A stretch of 64,000 bases of DNA from Eledone cirrhosa. Taxonomy: Eukaryota. A model generated the notes under the pieces. It was not told the DNA's origin. It made no database searches and was given only the letters and a program-made list of their open reading frames with translations. The first letter of the stretch is position 1. Each line of letters opens with the position of its first letter. Both the position numbers and the translations under genes were made by a program. The stretch spans positions 322,958,001-323,022,000 of the forward strand of contig OZ024742.1 in assembly GCA_964016885.1 (NCBI GenBank). The letters run 5' to 3'. Shown here piece after piece: positions 25,773-40,824 of this stretch.

Positions 25773-27660
25773 AACAAGAACATCTTCAACAACACAAATT
25801 ACTCTATTAAAATGGCTTCTTCTCAAGTTTTATTTTTTTTTTTTTTTTTTATTTTATTTTATAGTTCTTGTTGAAAATTTTAAAATTTATTTTTGTAAAA
25901 TATTGATCCAGGTTTCTTAGACTGATAGCAATTGATAAAATAAGTACCAGACTGAAATTTGAATAAAAGTCTTAAGCAAAGGTTTGTGTGGGTAGATATG
26001 ATCAACTAAAAAGCCAATCATAAAGAAAGTGATGCTCCAGTATGACCACAGTCCAATGGCTGAAATTATAGGAGAATGTAAATTGCTTTGCATGTATGTT
26101 TGTATGTGTGTGTGTAATAAAATGTTTTTTTTAAAAAGACATGGTACAGGCATAGCTGTGTGGTTAAGGAGTTTGTTTTGTAACCACATGGGTTCATGTT
26201 CAATCCCATGGTATGACACCATTGGCAAGTGTCTTCTTACTAAAGACTCTGGTTGACCAATGTCATGTGAATGAAATTTGGTCAATGGAAACCTATCGTA
26301 TATATGTGTGTGTTTCTGTTTCTGTCTCGTAACTTAACTGTTCAATAAAGAGATTAATAGAATAAACACCAAACTTAAAAAATAAGTTCTAGAGTTGATA
26401 TAATCGACTAAGTCTCTTTAAGGTGGTGCCCCAGCATGGCCAGTCTATTGACTAAAACCAGTAAAAGTGTATAAGGCTGTTTCTCCCCTAGATTATTAGA
26501 AGCTGATTAAGAATTAACAAGAAAAAAGGAAGACTAATTAATTAGTTAATCCCTAAAAAACACAACCAAAAATTTCACATTGCCAAATATATTATGAGAC
26601 TGTACAAATGATTTTTCTGTTTTGTTGTTGCTATTTTTTAATGTTTTTTTTTGGTGAATTGACAGAGCTGTTAGAGTGTTGGATTAAATGCCTCTGTATT
26701 TTTTACAATTCTCTGTGCTCTGTGTTCAATTCCCACTGAGGTCAACTTCTTTGCTATTCATCATTTCAGGGTCAATAAATAAGGTACCAGTCCAGCAGTT
26801 CTGGGTATTCTAAGTTGAAATCCTGCCAGCTGTGACTGGCAGATAGTTTATCAGCAATGGAAAGACTAATCAATAGTGAAAGCACGTGACCTAGTGGTTA
26901 GGGTGTTTGTTGAACAGATGGTGTGGGGTCAATTCCTTAACTAGGTGACGTATTGTGTTTTTGAGCAAGATATTTATGAAAACATCCAGGAAGCCTCATA
27001 TGAAATACAACCCCATATGAGGCCAGCTAAACCTACATAGCTGCAAATTTTATTTTTCATTTCATTTCAATGGAAACATATTTTTCTTTGGTTCAATCTG
27101 ATAATCGGCTCCCCTTCTTTATAGATACTGAGTTTATTGATACTTGAGTTGCGACCAGCAGATAGTTTGTCAGCAATTGAAAGACTAATGGAAATATTGT
27201 TTACTTGGCCTGATCTGATGATCAGCTCATTTCTTTTTTTCTTTCTTTTGCTGTTGTTGTTATTTTTTAATCCAAGCATCAATTGTGCTTTCAAGACACT
27301 GTGATAAGAGTATGAGATAAACCAAACAAGTGGTTTTTTTTTTCTTTTTAATTATTCTTTTATGCTTTTATAAACTACTGTACAGATTTCTAACATTATG
27401 ATGTAATGCTTTTTGTAAGTTTTTTTTTGTTATTTGGCCTCTTAAAATAATGTACAAAGCTTATTATATGTGTGTACGTGTGTCTATGTATATCTGTATG
27501 TTTGGATGTGTATAAATATGTGTATATTTGTATGTGTGAAATGTATGTACTATATATGTATATGTCTGTATATAAAATATAGTACTTTTCCTAAACGTAC
27601 AGAATATCTCTATTTTATATTTTAAATATTTATTTGGATAAATTTCTTTTTTTAAAAGAA

Positions 27661-28146
27661 ACTAGCAGAATGGCCCGGCGTTGCTCGGCATTTGCTCTAG
27701 GGTTCTTATATATTTGATATATATTTATCCTTATCGAGCCTCGTGAAATAAATACGTTTGTTTATATTTTGTTATTGTGTATGCAAAAATATCTACACGA
27801 ATATATAATTATATATATATATTAAAATAACAGATTAAAGTTTAAGCAAAGAATCGCTGCTTTCACCCTTAACGGGATCTTCTGAAACTAAAAAAATCAA
27901 TCTGCGAACGCAGAAGTAAATATTTCGAAAAACGTTACACACACACCATCATAATGTTTTAATGCAGACTGTCAGACATACAGACAGATATTATAAGGGC
28001 ACAGCATTATATCTATGTATCTATCTAAAAAGAAAGACTAAGAGAGAGAGAGATCGCTTTTTCGCCTAATGCGGTCCCTAGGGCATTGACACACACACAC
28101 ACGCACACAAACAGACAGACATCCTCAGTTTTATATATATATAGAT
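27661..28146 (+). mobile_element. Non-autonomous Helitron/Helentron-like (DINE-like) element; related copy 28581-29490
   Basis: 5' ACTAGCAGAATGGCCCGGCGTTGCTCGG; 3' acagacagac...TTTATATATATAGAT. Confidence 0.6.
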
Positions 28147-29559
28147 AAGTCATTATTTTTTTTCATTTACTACACAACCCCAACCCACCAAATTTTAATT
28201 CTTTCATATTAAAAATAGAAGACGACGAAAAATGTGTTTGCGTATTTTTTTTATATATAATTTTCCACTACACGTGGGTTTTTATCAAATTGCTTTGAAC
28301 CATCTATGTTTCTATAATACATAGCTGTTTGTTTTAAAGTATTCATTTTTAAATTTCAACCTTCCATTAATTTTTAAGAAAACTGTGCATCACCCTACCC
28401 CATCCTCCCATTTCTCTCCACTGTGTCGGTGACACAACAAAAAGCACTCAGTCTACACTGTAAAGTGATCGTGTAGGAGACACGGTCTCTTGACCTATCC
28501 TGCATCAAATGGAACAAAACTGTCTAACCCATGCTAGTGTGGAAGATGGATGTTAAACGATGATGATGATTATATATATTACTAGCAGCAGGACCCAGCG
28601 TTGCATGGGGTAGGAAACGTGAAATAGCAACACGCATATGCAAAGATTGAGGAATATAGCTCTGTACTTTTTGAATTCCCTTATTCTCAGGGAATGATTG
28701 AGGAGCGACGTAGTCAATTGTGAAAACCAAGTAGGGATATTGAGATGACGAAATCAGCGTGGCAATGCAGCTGCAGCAGAAGGGGGTCATAGTGCAATTA
28801 GCAGAAACGCTAGGCGGCACTTGTTGCACTGCGTTTACACAACAACAAAAGGGGTCAGCACAGAATTAGCACAACCACTGTTCGGCGTACTTGCGCAGGG
28901 CATTCATACTGCGGTGTAGGTGCAACAAAAGGGGTCTTAATAGAAGTAGCACAGACGTGAGTTTTACAGTGTCAATAACACGGCAACGTACACAGGGCCC
29001 GGATTTTGCATGATGAAAGCACGAAGCGTCAACAGAGCACCGACAAAAATTTTAAGGTCCACCTCATTTCCTCAATCCCCCGAAAATGGTCCTGCTTTAA
29101 AGTAAGTAAGTGTTGTGTCCTCTGTTAAATAAACCAAATTTTTAACGAAATATTATACGTTACTTACAATGTTTAAGTAGTGTTTATATTGAAAATGAAA
29201 ATGGCATGTAATGCCCAATGCTATTTCGTAAATTTCCTAGAAACCATTAATCTAATCGGAATTTGTTTTTGTCCACAGCAATGTGAGGGAACTAACTAAT
29301 GTGTGTTTCAAATTTCAAGGAAATCGGCTGGATTATCTTTAAGGTACGACTCAAAATGCCTTTAAAATGTGGTTTTTCGCCTAATGCAGGCCCATTGCAC
29401 TTCAAGAAATATAAGTAACACGTGTAAAGTTTGAAAAAAATTGGTCGAGTACTTCTTGAGTTTTAGGGATTTAGACAGACGAACATCCTCTAAATCTATG
29501 CTAGTGTGAAAGATAGACGTTAAACGGTGATGATTATATATATATATATGAGAAATTAT

Positions 29560-30130
29560 GAATAAGAGCCATCAGATGCTGTTTACTCGAGAGAAGACTA
29601 CGTTGGTATGGTCACATGATTTGCATGAAAGACGACAGCTGTATAAAAAAGTGCAGGGCGATCAAAATAGATGGAAGCTTCGGAGTAGGCAGACCCAGAA
29701 AAACCTGGGACGATTTGATAAATTCCAACCTTACACACTTACACCTCCAGGATAATGTCACTGGACCGAGATCTTTGGCACAACGCAATAATACAGAAGA
29801 CCCGCTTTGCCTAAGTACAAAGCGAAACCTACAGTCAGTAGACACCTAACCAAAAAACACCCCCATCCCGCTACCCCTACCCCACAACATCCAGTCCTAA
29901 ATAAATGGGGTCGTGTAGGTGTCACAACAAAAAAAAACACACAGTCCACACTGTAATGTGGCCGTATAGGTAACAGTAAAAACCTCCCCTCCACACTAAA
30001 CGTGGTTGGTGATAGGAAGGGCATCCAACCGTAGAAAACCTGCAAGACAACCAATCTTGCCTCACGTGGGACAATTCCCGTCTAAACCCATGCTAGCGTG
30101 GAAGATAGACGTTAAACGATGATGATGATA
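29560..30130 (+). mobile_element. RTE LINE 3' fragment
   Basis: DDSCIKKCRAIKIDGSFGVGRPRKTWDDL, 3' UTR and (GAT)n. Confidence 0.85.
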
Positions 30131-30208
30131 TATATAAAAGTTTATCCCGGGTTCAATCTGGGGTAACCACAATTAAGGTACTCAATACATAGCAGAGTAT
30201 AAATATTT

Positions 30209-30301
30209 AATATAGAAATGGCTTCTACAGGACTAGAAATGTTTCATTCAGATTTCCTCCAAATGAAACAGTTCTAGTCCTGTAGAAGCCATTTCTATAT
30301 T
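30209..30301. repeat. Near-perfect hairpin
   Basis: aatatagaaatggcttctacaggactagaa.tgtttcatt...aatgaaaca.ttctagtcctgtagaagccatttctatatt. Confidence 0.9.
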
Positions 30302-33300
30302 TAAAAAAAAATATATATATATGTATGGCTTAGTGGTTAGAGCATTGGCCTTGCAATCGAAAGGTTGTGAGTTCAATTCTCAGACCGGGTGATGTGTTGT
30401 TTCCTTGAGCAAGACACTTTATTTCACATTGCTCCAGTTTACTCAGCTGTAGAAATGAGATGATAGGGATTCGGGTCCCTATCATTCCACTGCAAAGTGG
30501 TCGTGGAGGTGCCACGGCAAAAAAGCACCCAGCCCACACTGTAAAGTGGATGTGTAGGCACCACGGAAAAAAAGCACCCAGCACTCACTGTAAATGAGGT
30601 TGGTGTTAGGAAGGGCATCCAGCTGTAGAAATCAAGCCAGAATCAGTTCCCGTCCCACCCTTGCAAGCAGGGAAAAGCGGATGTAAAATGAAATGATGAA
30701 AATTATGAATGATGATACACACACAGAATGGGCTTGCTTACAATTTCTGTCTAACAAATTAAATCAGAAGACCTTGCTCAGTCTAAGGACTGGTAAACAC
30801 CTACCTGCACATTGAATTCCTCACTAAACCCATTATCTATTCTCATTCTGCTGTCAGCACCCCTGTACTCTGCTCTCTCAGGTCACTCATCTACACCTAG
30901 TTTTCTTAAGGACCACCAGACAACAAATCATGACACACTGTCAAAGCCTTTTCCTGATCAATAAAACTTGTATAGCTAGGAACTTTGATTATGATTGTCT
31001 CACTAAGAAGACATTTGCTGGTATTTGAACCATGTACAAATCCAAACTACATCTCATCAAATTTGTATCTGTTTCTAATTACTCTATATACTTCAATATA
31101 AGCAGTGGAATATGTGACCAAAAAAATCAATGGTAAAATGGTGGGGGCGGCTTATATTCGGTGTCAATATTTTCAAATTCTTCATAAATAAGGTGTTAAA
31201 ATATCTGGAGTGATTATTTCTCAATGAAACACATTTACTACATTTTCATGACTTTTATTTATTTAGAATTTTCTCATGCTATTTTTTATTTTCTATACTC
31301 TAAACAACACTTAAAACATTTTATACATCAAAATATTGAAACTTTGCAAATATGTTTTCCACTCTTGAAAATTTCAAAACTGCACCATGTGTTGACTAGC
31401 CTTGGTTTATAAATGGGATTTGGATTTTTGCCCAGTTCTCACACAAAGTGAAGGGTGTCGGCTTATATTCAAGTATATATTCATAGTAGTTGTGCTAACA
31501 TTCTTTCTGTTACTTGATGTATGAACTGTTGTTTAAATTATGCTCCAAACATCAGTTTAATAAGGAAAAAGTTATTTTACTAAATTCCTCCAAATTCTTA
31601 ATAATTTTCAAAATGATTTGAAAATTATAAGCAGTGTATTTTATAAGAAATATAATGAAAGGATGAGCCTTTCATTAAAAATATGTTAACAAAAGGGTTA
31701 AGCTTATGGCTGAACTGAAAAAGCAAGCCTGAAGAAGAATAAAGATATAGTGTTTGACTGTGAGCTGCAAGTTTAGCCAGATACCCCTGTTGTGTCAAAG
31801 ATATATTATATTTTATGAAAGGGTGACAAGTATGACTTTTCTGAAAACAGCTTCCTTAATAAATGGCACTCATTTGGGAGGAATTGTATGAAGAGTATGA
31901 AATTCACCATTGCTTTTCTATGCTGGGTTGAATGGGTTGTTACAAGCCAAGTCGGTACTTATTTAGAGCTACTGTTTTCTTTGGTGGGTCGGGGGTTCAT
32001 ATTTCGTTCAGATATATTCCATTTTAGCAGGATTTTTACAGCTGCATGTCCTTCCTAACACTAATTACTCTACAGAGTGTGTTAAATCATGGTGCCAACA
32101 TGAGAGATTGTCTTGCCCTTGACATAACTGAAGAGTCTTCTCTACTGATGAAGACTCAATTATCAATACTCCTAAAATTGTAGGTAACCACAGTGAAGAG
32201 TATTATCTTAAGCTATTCATGTCTCTTACAAACCTGATCTAAGTGAGAGCTTGTATATCTTCTCCATTCAAAGTAGCAACACAAGTTTTTTTCAATGATG
32301 ACCTGAGCTTGGAGAAATGGGAGAAACCATCTGTAAGTTAAATTTGAGTTACAGATATGTATGAGTTTATTTATACAGAAGACCCTTGGTGAACACTGGC
32401 TTTGCTAAAACAGCATACCAATTTTATAAGAACATGAATAAATCAACTTATTTAACATATGTAACAACTCCTTAAAGTTCTCAGCCAGGATGTTGGCAAG
32501 GGCTTTATATATAAGTGATTACAATAAAAAGATATTTCAGCCCACTCTCAATGACCAGAATATATATTTCTTTTTTAAAAAAAGTGCAGTAATGAATTGG
32601 AGCTCTGAGGGTTAATGATTGCATTTTTTTAATGGATTTATTATTAGCACAAAAAAAAAAAAAAAAAAGTTATTTGTAAAATTATTATTTAATGGTTAAC
32701 ATCACATACAACATGAAACCACATTAGTAGGACATTTTTGAAAAGTCCAAACAGCATTATGACTGCATCACATTAAATATTAAAGTCTGTGTACTCTAAT
32801 TCTGCAAATATTTGCAAACATCTGTTCACTAGATAACACTCGTTTTTTTGATACTTTCTGCTACATCATTACAGGATAAATTGGTAATTTGTTGTCTTTT
32901 TTCTAATATAGTTTAAATTTTATTATTCAAAACGCCATATCTATATATATTTACTATCATTGCCATTTTACATCTGAGTTGCAGCATTTTGAGGTCTGCT
33001 CTCATCACTTTTACCCAGGACTTCATCTACTGCAGCTTTCTTCCACTGGGAACTCCATACACTTTTTCACCCAACAATTGTCATCTGTGTCAGAAGTCCA
33101 TACCAACCTAATCTCTCTTGCACTATATTAGTTCCCTGTTATACCCATTTTTTTTTTCTTTTTTACATGCCTTGCTGTACACGCACATTAACATCACACA
33201 TTCGTTGAAGCATTGTTGCTTTATTTCTCTCCAGTTTCTGCATATTTTCTGTGTTCACTGCTCATGTTTCACTTCCATTCAATATCGCACTTCATATACA

Positions 33301-34792
33301 GGCATCATATAGCCAGCCTTTCATTCAAAGAGAGAAATCTTTTGTAGTCATTGAACTTTGTTTATACCATCAGAACAACCTCCTCCACTGCTAATTAGGT
33401 CCTCTAAGTAATAGATGCTATCAACTACTATGAAACTTCCTGAGATTGCAAAAGTTTATTTACTACCAAACCCCCCCCCCTGTGCATCTACCACATACAA
33501 AGTCTATCTTTTCTGTTAGCCTGCATGCTACCCCACCACACCTCTTGTATACTCATGTTTTATATTGTATAGAGTTCCTACCTAATTCTTTTCTATATAT
33601 TGAGCATAGGCCCTTCCCTAAAGGGACTAGAGTCCTGCCGTTTTTCCTACTTACTGAAACTTTGAGATTTATAGTACAAATTAATGGGGGAAAGAGAGAA
33701 CACGTTCGTCACAGATTAGTAATGATAGACTTAGGTAAATTAACAAAAAGAGGACAAAGCAAAACGAAAAACAATTTTTAAGGGGAAACTTTATAAAATT
33801 ATTTTTTGAAAATAAAAGTACAAACAAGTCACAGAACTCCAGGGTCATCGGCAGTTTCGACCCCTACCAACTACTGCTGGTCCACCCGGGGTCACAGCAT
33901 CTGACACAAGCCAAAGCACTGTCCAGTGGAGTAAGAGGATAGAGACAAAACAGTAACTTATAGAAATTAGGCTATGACAAATACACATAAATTTTACGTG
34001 ATGTGTATACATATGCAATGTCATCATCCTTTAATATCCATTTCCCTACTAGAAACTGTCGGTCTTCCTTCGGGGAAATTTAGAAATGGTTACCCTTAAC
34101 AGACTTATAATCAAAGTATTCCAAACGTCACCATTCCGTCTTTCGTGTATCTCCATGATTATCAATATATCCCTTTTTTTTTAAAGACGGTACGCGTACA
34201 TTTGGCTGCTATTTCTCGGACGTCGAAAGCCCACGTAGAGATTTCCTGGTTGACTCGCTGTCTCCATACCCCTCCTCGTACTATTTTCTGTCGTTATCAA
34301 GTTACCTCCCTTGTAATAGCAATTACATAGCGAAAGAGTTAATGTTAGTGTATAATATGCACATGTTATTGATTTTCCATTCTTCTTTAAGAATAAAAAT
34401 GTCTTTATTTCAATAGTTATTTTCGTCATACAACAGTTTGGGAGGAGAGAAACTATAGTGGGTAATTCGTTTAAGTAAAAGGAGGTCCTGAGTAAAATAA
34501 ATGTTGGGAACGACTACCATCGTCTCTTGTTTTTTGTGTTACGGATAAATAATATTTTGAAAAACATTCTCGTGAATTTTTAAAATATGATCAATTCGTA
34601 AGGCGGGATAAGTTTTAGTCCTTTGATGAATTAATTTTTTTTTATTTTTTGTCAACGCAAGATCTGCGGTTTGCTCTCTTCTGAGACCAACTATAGGTTA
34701 TCTCCCCTGACACTTGACACGCAGCATCAAAACTTCATCTTTTCATACTAAAGTTGGTAAACATTGAAACTCCAGTTTCTAAAGTTACCGCA

Positions 34793-37700
34793 ATGGCCTC
34801 TCTGTGGTTGTTTGCGACGTTAACTGTAGTCGGTACTATTCTACTATCCATAAGCTTAGTTGACACCACTTCTCATCACGATAACAGGCTGTCCATTGTG
34901 GTGTTTGGTGGAAACGGTTTTATTGGTTCAGCTACTGTGTCTCGACTCTTGAAGACCAACCATTCCATCACCTTGATTAATCGCGGTAACTGGTACTGGG
35001 ACTCGGAAGCTTTGATTAAACCCTACGTTCGACATCTCAGGTATATATTTTCATCTCTATTCTATTATTATTATTATTTACGGACTGAGTTCAAATCCCG
35101 CCGAGGTTAACTTTGCCTTTCATCCTTACGGGGTCGATAAAATAAAGTACCAGTAATGTACTGGGTAATTGCTGGCCTTGTGCCAAAAGTAGAAACAATT
35201 ATTATTATTATTGGCAGTTGGCAAAATGCTGATGTTAATTTTTTTCCATCTCATTATAAAATTCGATCGAAGTCAACTTTACCTTTCACCTATTTGGAGG
35301 CGATAAAATATCATTCAAGTCCTAGAGTCGATCAAAAGACCCCCCTCCTCAGTTGATATTTTGCCTTAATTAGAAACCACTACTGTGGGGCGGTCTATTG
35401 GCAAAATAGAGCGTCGGACAAAACCGACATTTTATTTTTGAGTTCAAATACAGAAGGTGTCTACGTTCACATACATCCTTCCGGGGTCAATAAAATAAAG
35501 AACCAGTCAAGTACTGGAGACTATATAATTGATTGTCACCTCCCCACGAAAAACTGTTGGTCTTGTGTCTAGATTAGAAATTATTATACTACTATAAATA
35601 ACAATAACGAATAGGCTATAGAGCCGGTAAACCCTAAAGGGATGTAACACACATCGCTATCGTGTTTTACCAGCCTCTTCTGTTGTCTGTATCTGTTTAT
35701 GTATTTACGTGTAGATGTGTGTGTGTAACTAAAGCGTAACGTATGTGGACGACTAAATGATTTTAACTTGTTTTTTAACAAGTGATGGTGGAAAAGATTT
35801 CAAATTGTCTTAATTCGGGCCGCAACTCATGGTGTCTGACACTCTCACCGGCTACATAGCCTCTTCCTATAAATAATTACAAATTAATACGCCCAAATGT
35901 TTGGTCCCGTGTCTGATAAAATTTATTTCGTTTAATCGAATACATACCACTACCTCAACATAATTGTTTTCCTTCCTTTGTGTAAAATGTGTCGTAATCT
36001 GTGGTGTCTGTGATCAGTAGAGAAAAATAAAAATGTAAGACGAGGTTGACAAAATCTCCCTCGCTCAACGTCAAACAGGGGAAGATAACTCCAATAAGGT
36101 TAGGTGGTCGGAATGTCCAAACTATAGAAAATACAGATTAGAATGGATTTGGTCTTTAAAATCAACTGTTAGACCTCCTCGGTGAGTGTATTCTACTCAA
36201 CTATGTCCGTTTGTATATTTTTTTCTTGCAGACATACAGGAACCTTTTCAATCTGAAGAGATATGTTTGGTTAACATTTTCTTATTGAGGCTCTCAGAGT
36301 TGCATAATTCATTTTAAACAAATTTACAAATACACACGAAAAAATAACATGAATTTAGCTATTTTTTTACTCAAAGCAATGTTTGGCTAAAATTGCTTCA
36401 GTGTCCAGATCATAATAATAAATATATACAAAAATAAATGAAATGTGTCAAAGTACCGAAGAGTCACATGCAACTTCATATCCACATGTTTTGACCCCAG
36501 CTATAAGTAAACATCATGTCCTTTCTTTGACACTACAATGTAATGACTGCTATATTATGTGTCCTATATATTAAAAAAAAGTGAAAGATGATGAAAAGCA
36601 GATGCTGCTTGCTTTCCTAGTATTTCCTGTCATTCCCCTGCCTCCTTACTTCTTGCTAACGAAGTTCTTTATGTTATAGAACTACTTCTTAGCAATAAGA
36701 GGAAACTTCATCATAGTAACTTGACCTGCTAAAACCAACAGCCAAACGTTCACTCATTGTCTATATCAGTGTTTACCAAATTTATCACTGCAAAGACATT
36801 TTGGGGTTCTATGAGATAAGGTGTCTTTTAATAAACTTAAATAAAAATTTATAAAAAAAAATTTTTTTTAATAAACCAATCTCTTTAAAGCAATTGTATG
36901 TCATTTAATACAAGTATTTTAAGCCCATTTCTCTGCTAAAGTGGAAAGTAGCCTTGCAAGCTCTATCACAAGCTGTATGTTCATAATGGGGTCCTTTTTA
37001 AGACAATGTTTTTTGGCACCAGCCCTTTTAGTTGCCCCTCACAACATGCAGGAATGTGGATACACAAAGCTGTTTCATTAAATGTGATATCAAAATTAGA
37101 GTGATGGGGATTTTCTGTAAAATATAGTTATGGGTTCTGCAATTTTTAGAAAATTGTATACAAGTTCCACAACAATAAGTTTTGGAATCACTGATCTATA
37201 TCGTCAAACAGAGAGAGAGCGAGACGCCAATTATTTAGAATGTAGAGCAAGCTGGTCATATCACAACTCACCCTATATGAATACAGTCATGTAAACAAAT
37301 AAACTTTAGTGATGTCTTATGCTAAATGACTGCCTTATCTGTATTCATTTTTGCTGTAAAACAAGCATGCCTGTTATGATATAATCTCATGAATATATTA
37401 TATATGTACATTCTTTCCACATATGTAAAACCTATGTATGTATTTTTATTCATATTTCTTGTTATTTCTTTCACAGATGTGATCGTATGCAGTCCCTTTA
37501 CAAGTGTCAAGATTTAATTGACTTCTTCAGATCAAGTTCATCCATATATTTTGACACACTCATTGATTTTAGTGCTTATCATCCTTTAGCTGTCAAAGAA
37601 GCTCTGTCAATCTTTCATTCTAAAGTTGGTTTATATATATTAATCAGTACAGATTCTGTATATGACGTGTGCATAAAAAATCATACAGCACCCAGCAAAG

Positions 37701-38431
37701 AGACTGATGCTGTTCGACCAGTCGATGAAACCATGAGTGAGGATTATGCCAAAAATGACAACTACGGCCATTTGAAACTTCAGTGTGAAGAAGAACTTCA
37801 GCAACAACCTGAAGATGGGGAAATACCCTTTCTAATATACCGTCTTCCTGATGTGATTGGTGCCAGAGATAACACATACCGCTGGTGGCTTTATCAGTTG
37901 TGGATGAAACTACGTACATATCTTGAAAGGCCTGTGTCACTTCCTGCAAACCTAGTCAAACAGGAGATAAGTTTAGTTTATGTTGAAGATGTAGCTGATA
38001 TAATTGTACAGCATTTAACTAGGAGTGAAGGTATTCACAATGAAGCCTACAATTTAGCCATTGCTGAGACCCCAACACTCTATGAAGTTCTCACTGATTT
38101 GAAGAATTCCCTTAACCTAACAAATCTGGATATTTTCATTGAACCCCTGACCTCAAGTTCTGTATATCTCTTCCCATCGGTGAAGTTAGGTCCTGTTGAT
38201 GTATCCAAGGCCCAAGAAAAACTGAACTGGAAACCAACATCTTGGTTGAAGATTCTGGGGGAAATAGTAACCTTCTATGAAACTGCCATGAGAGAAGAAA
38301 GATTTGAAATTCCGAGACGGGATGTTATTCATATGATGCAAAGACATTTGACAAAACGGCCATTACAAGTTCTCACTGGACTCAAAGCAGTTTATGGCAT
38401 TAACTATCCCTTTGAAAAAGAGGAACTTTGA
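34793..38431 (+). CDS. NAD-dependent epimerase/dehydratase-like extended SDR, 400 aa, exons 34793-35040 and 37477-38431, signal peptide and C-terminal KEEL
   Basis: VVFGGNGFIG Rossmann motif, LINRG, LISTDSVY, YGHLK (YxxxK), RLPDVIG, VYVEDVA; phase-2 splice CTCAG|gt...cacag|A keeps the frame. Confidence 0.9.
36767..37193. mobile_element. hAT (Charlie-like) MITE
   Basis: CAGTGTTTACCAAA...TTTGGAATCACTG ends; 8-bp TSD gtctatat/atctatat. Confidence 0.7.
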
Positions 38432-40703
38432 TAGCAATATTAATCTTACCTAATCTATGAAATGGAAACAAAAAAATGTTGAACTTTTACCAAGTTTTCC
38501 TATCTAACCGTTTTGATACCAAACTGCCTGCAAAACCCTTAATTCTATTAAACAAAGCTATTTATTCTAAAATATTTATATCTATCTAAAAACCTTCCAT
38601 CCTAATTTTAAGTAAAATCCTTTGTTATCTTTTGAACACCAACTTAATAATGAGAAAGTTAACCCTTTAGCATTTAAACCGGCCATATCTGGCCAGAATT
38701 CTCTCACCTCTTTTTGTTCAAACTGCTGTAACCGGCCACTCACTGTGATGTTAAGGTATTGTTCTCAACATAAATAATATCAAAATCCCATAGCTTTGAT
38801 ATTATGTGAGATAAAGCCTTTATTGTGAAAATACAATAGTAAATATAGAGTAATATAAATGCTAAAGGATTAATAGTATTACTAAATCCCTGCAAATTCT
38901 TGAATATTTTCAAAATGATTTGAAAATCGTAGGCAGTGTCATTTATTAGAAATATGGTAACAAAAAGGTTAACTAAATTATTAAATGTGTATTGTTTCTT
39001 GCCAAACCTGACATGGTATTGACCTAAATTATATAGAGGAATGGTGTGGAATCCCTGCTTGCCACAAACATTTGGATGCTTACATTTTACTGGTTTTAGT
39101 GCAAATATCCAAACTGTTTTAACTTGAGCACAATCAAGACTCATACAATTTTCAATATAAAATTTACGTCATTCTATGTGAATGTACAGACACAGCACCA
39201 ACTTTAAGGCAACCGATGGTCTGACTATAATTATAAGTTGACACTTGAATTTTTCATGACTTCTGAGACCAGTTAATTCATGTTAGGAGGTTGCCATGGG
39301 GCATTCGATATCATTTTGAATATTTGCACCTTCATATAGCTGAGATGGTGTCAGAGCTGTTAGAATGTCAGATAGAATGCTTTGCAGTATTTGTTCTGGC
39401 TTTCTGTGTTCTCAGTTAAAATCCTGGTGAGGTCAACTTTACCATTCATCCTTTTGAGGTTGATAAAAAAAAGTACCAGTCCAGTTGTGCTGTTGATTTT
39501 TTCTCTATAGCTTTTTCTCATTTCCTCCCTATCACACTCTCTCCTTCTCTGGAGGGAATCAACTGCATTCAGACCTGGGGAGGGATGTGCTTTGCTAGGT
39601 ATAAAATTCCCAAAACATACTGTATGTCATTACAGCATCTCTATGACTCCACCAGGAATTATGAGTCCTTACATACATTATAATAGCTGAAAGATTGAGA
39701 GAGTATTTCTGACTTTGTAATATATTGCTATTGAATTATTATATAGTCTAGCAAAACAGATAATCAGGCACAAGTCTGGAAAATCAATGTTGTATCTGTA
39801 GTATATATAAATGTGTATGCCATTGTTTTATGCCAAATAAGGCTTGGAATTTTCACCAGTACCGACTCTATATGATCTAATGATAAAAGACAAATACTGT
39901 CCAACCATTTTATGAAACTCAGAGTAAGTATATTACCCAGATTCCCAACTATGGTCATATTGAACCAATGAGGAAACTTCTATGCATTCACTAAACCTAC
40001 CATTTTTAATAAAATGAAGGACACATTAGATGATATATCACTGATATAGCAAAAAAGACGAAATGATCTTGGATGATGGAATGACTTTAATCACAGACCT
40101 ACTCAATCAGAGCTAACCTGGGGCTAGACAATAAGAACTAGTTGAAACTAGTTGAAATTTTGGCATGGAGAAATTCAGCAACAACCTTTCTTAAGTATGG
40201 GAAATATATGTTGAATAAATGAAAAACAATTTCCCTTATTTTACTGAAATTCACATTTCTAAAATTAAAAACTTTAACCCCCTCATAACCCCATATTTAA
40301 CCGAAATGCAATCAGAACAATGTGCCTTTTATCAATTGAAATTTTTTGTGGAAACCAAGATTAAATACACACACATGTATAATATACATTGTATACAGAT
40401 TGAACCTTGAGCTGATCAGTAGCGAAATGCACGTCACCACCCAATAAATATAATGAAGGAGTAACTATTTGTCCTTGTATTATTATATTACTCTCTGTCT
40501 AGCTCTACACTTCGGTACTGACGTGAACCTAAACATCAAGTGCTCATCTGGGTGAACCTACTGTAACTTTGCGTTAGACTCCCTGGATATATATATATAT
40601 ATCAACTAGAAATTGATTGACATATATATATATCTAAAATAATCACAGGGGATATGGTGCATGTCTTTCGGACATGACACCCTTAATTTAATTTTGGATA
40701 TAT

Positions 40704-40824
40704 ATATATTAGAGAGTTGCGGACCAATGGAAGAGCTGTTGCTGTTTCGACAGCAAATTTCAGACTGGAGTTTGCTGTCGAAATGGCAAGAGCTCAGCCA
40801 TTGGGTCTCAACTCTCTAATATAT
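40704..40824. repeat. Long imperfect hairpin
   Basis: atatattagagagttg...tttcgacagcaaa...tttgctgtcgaaa...caactctctaatatat. Confidence 0.85.
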
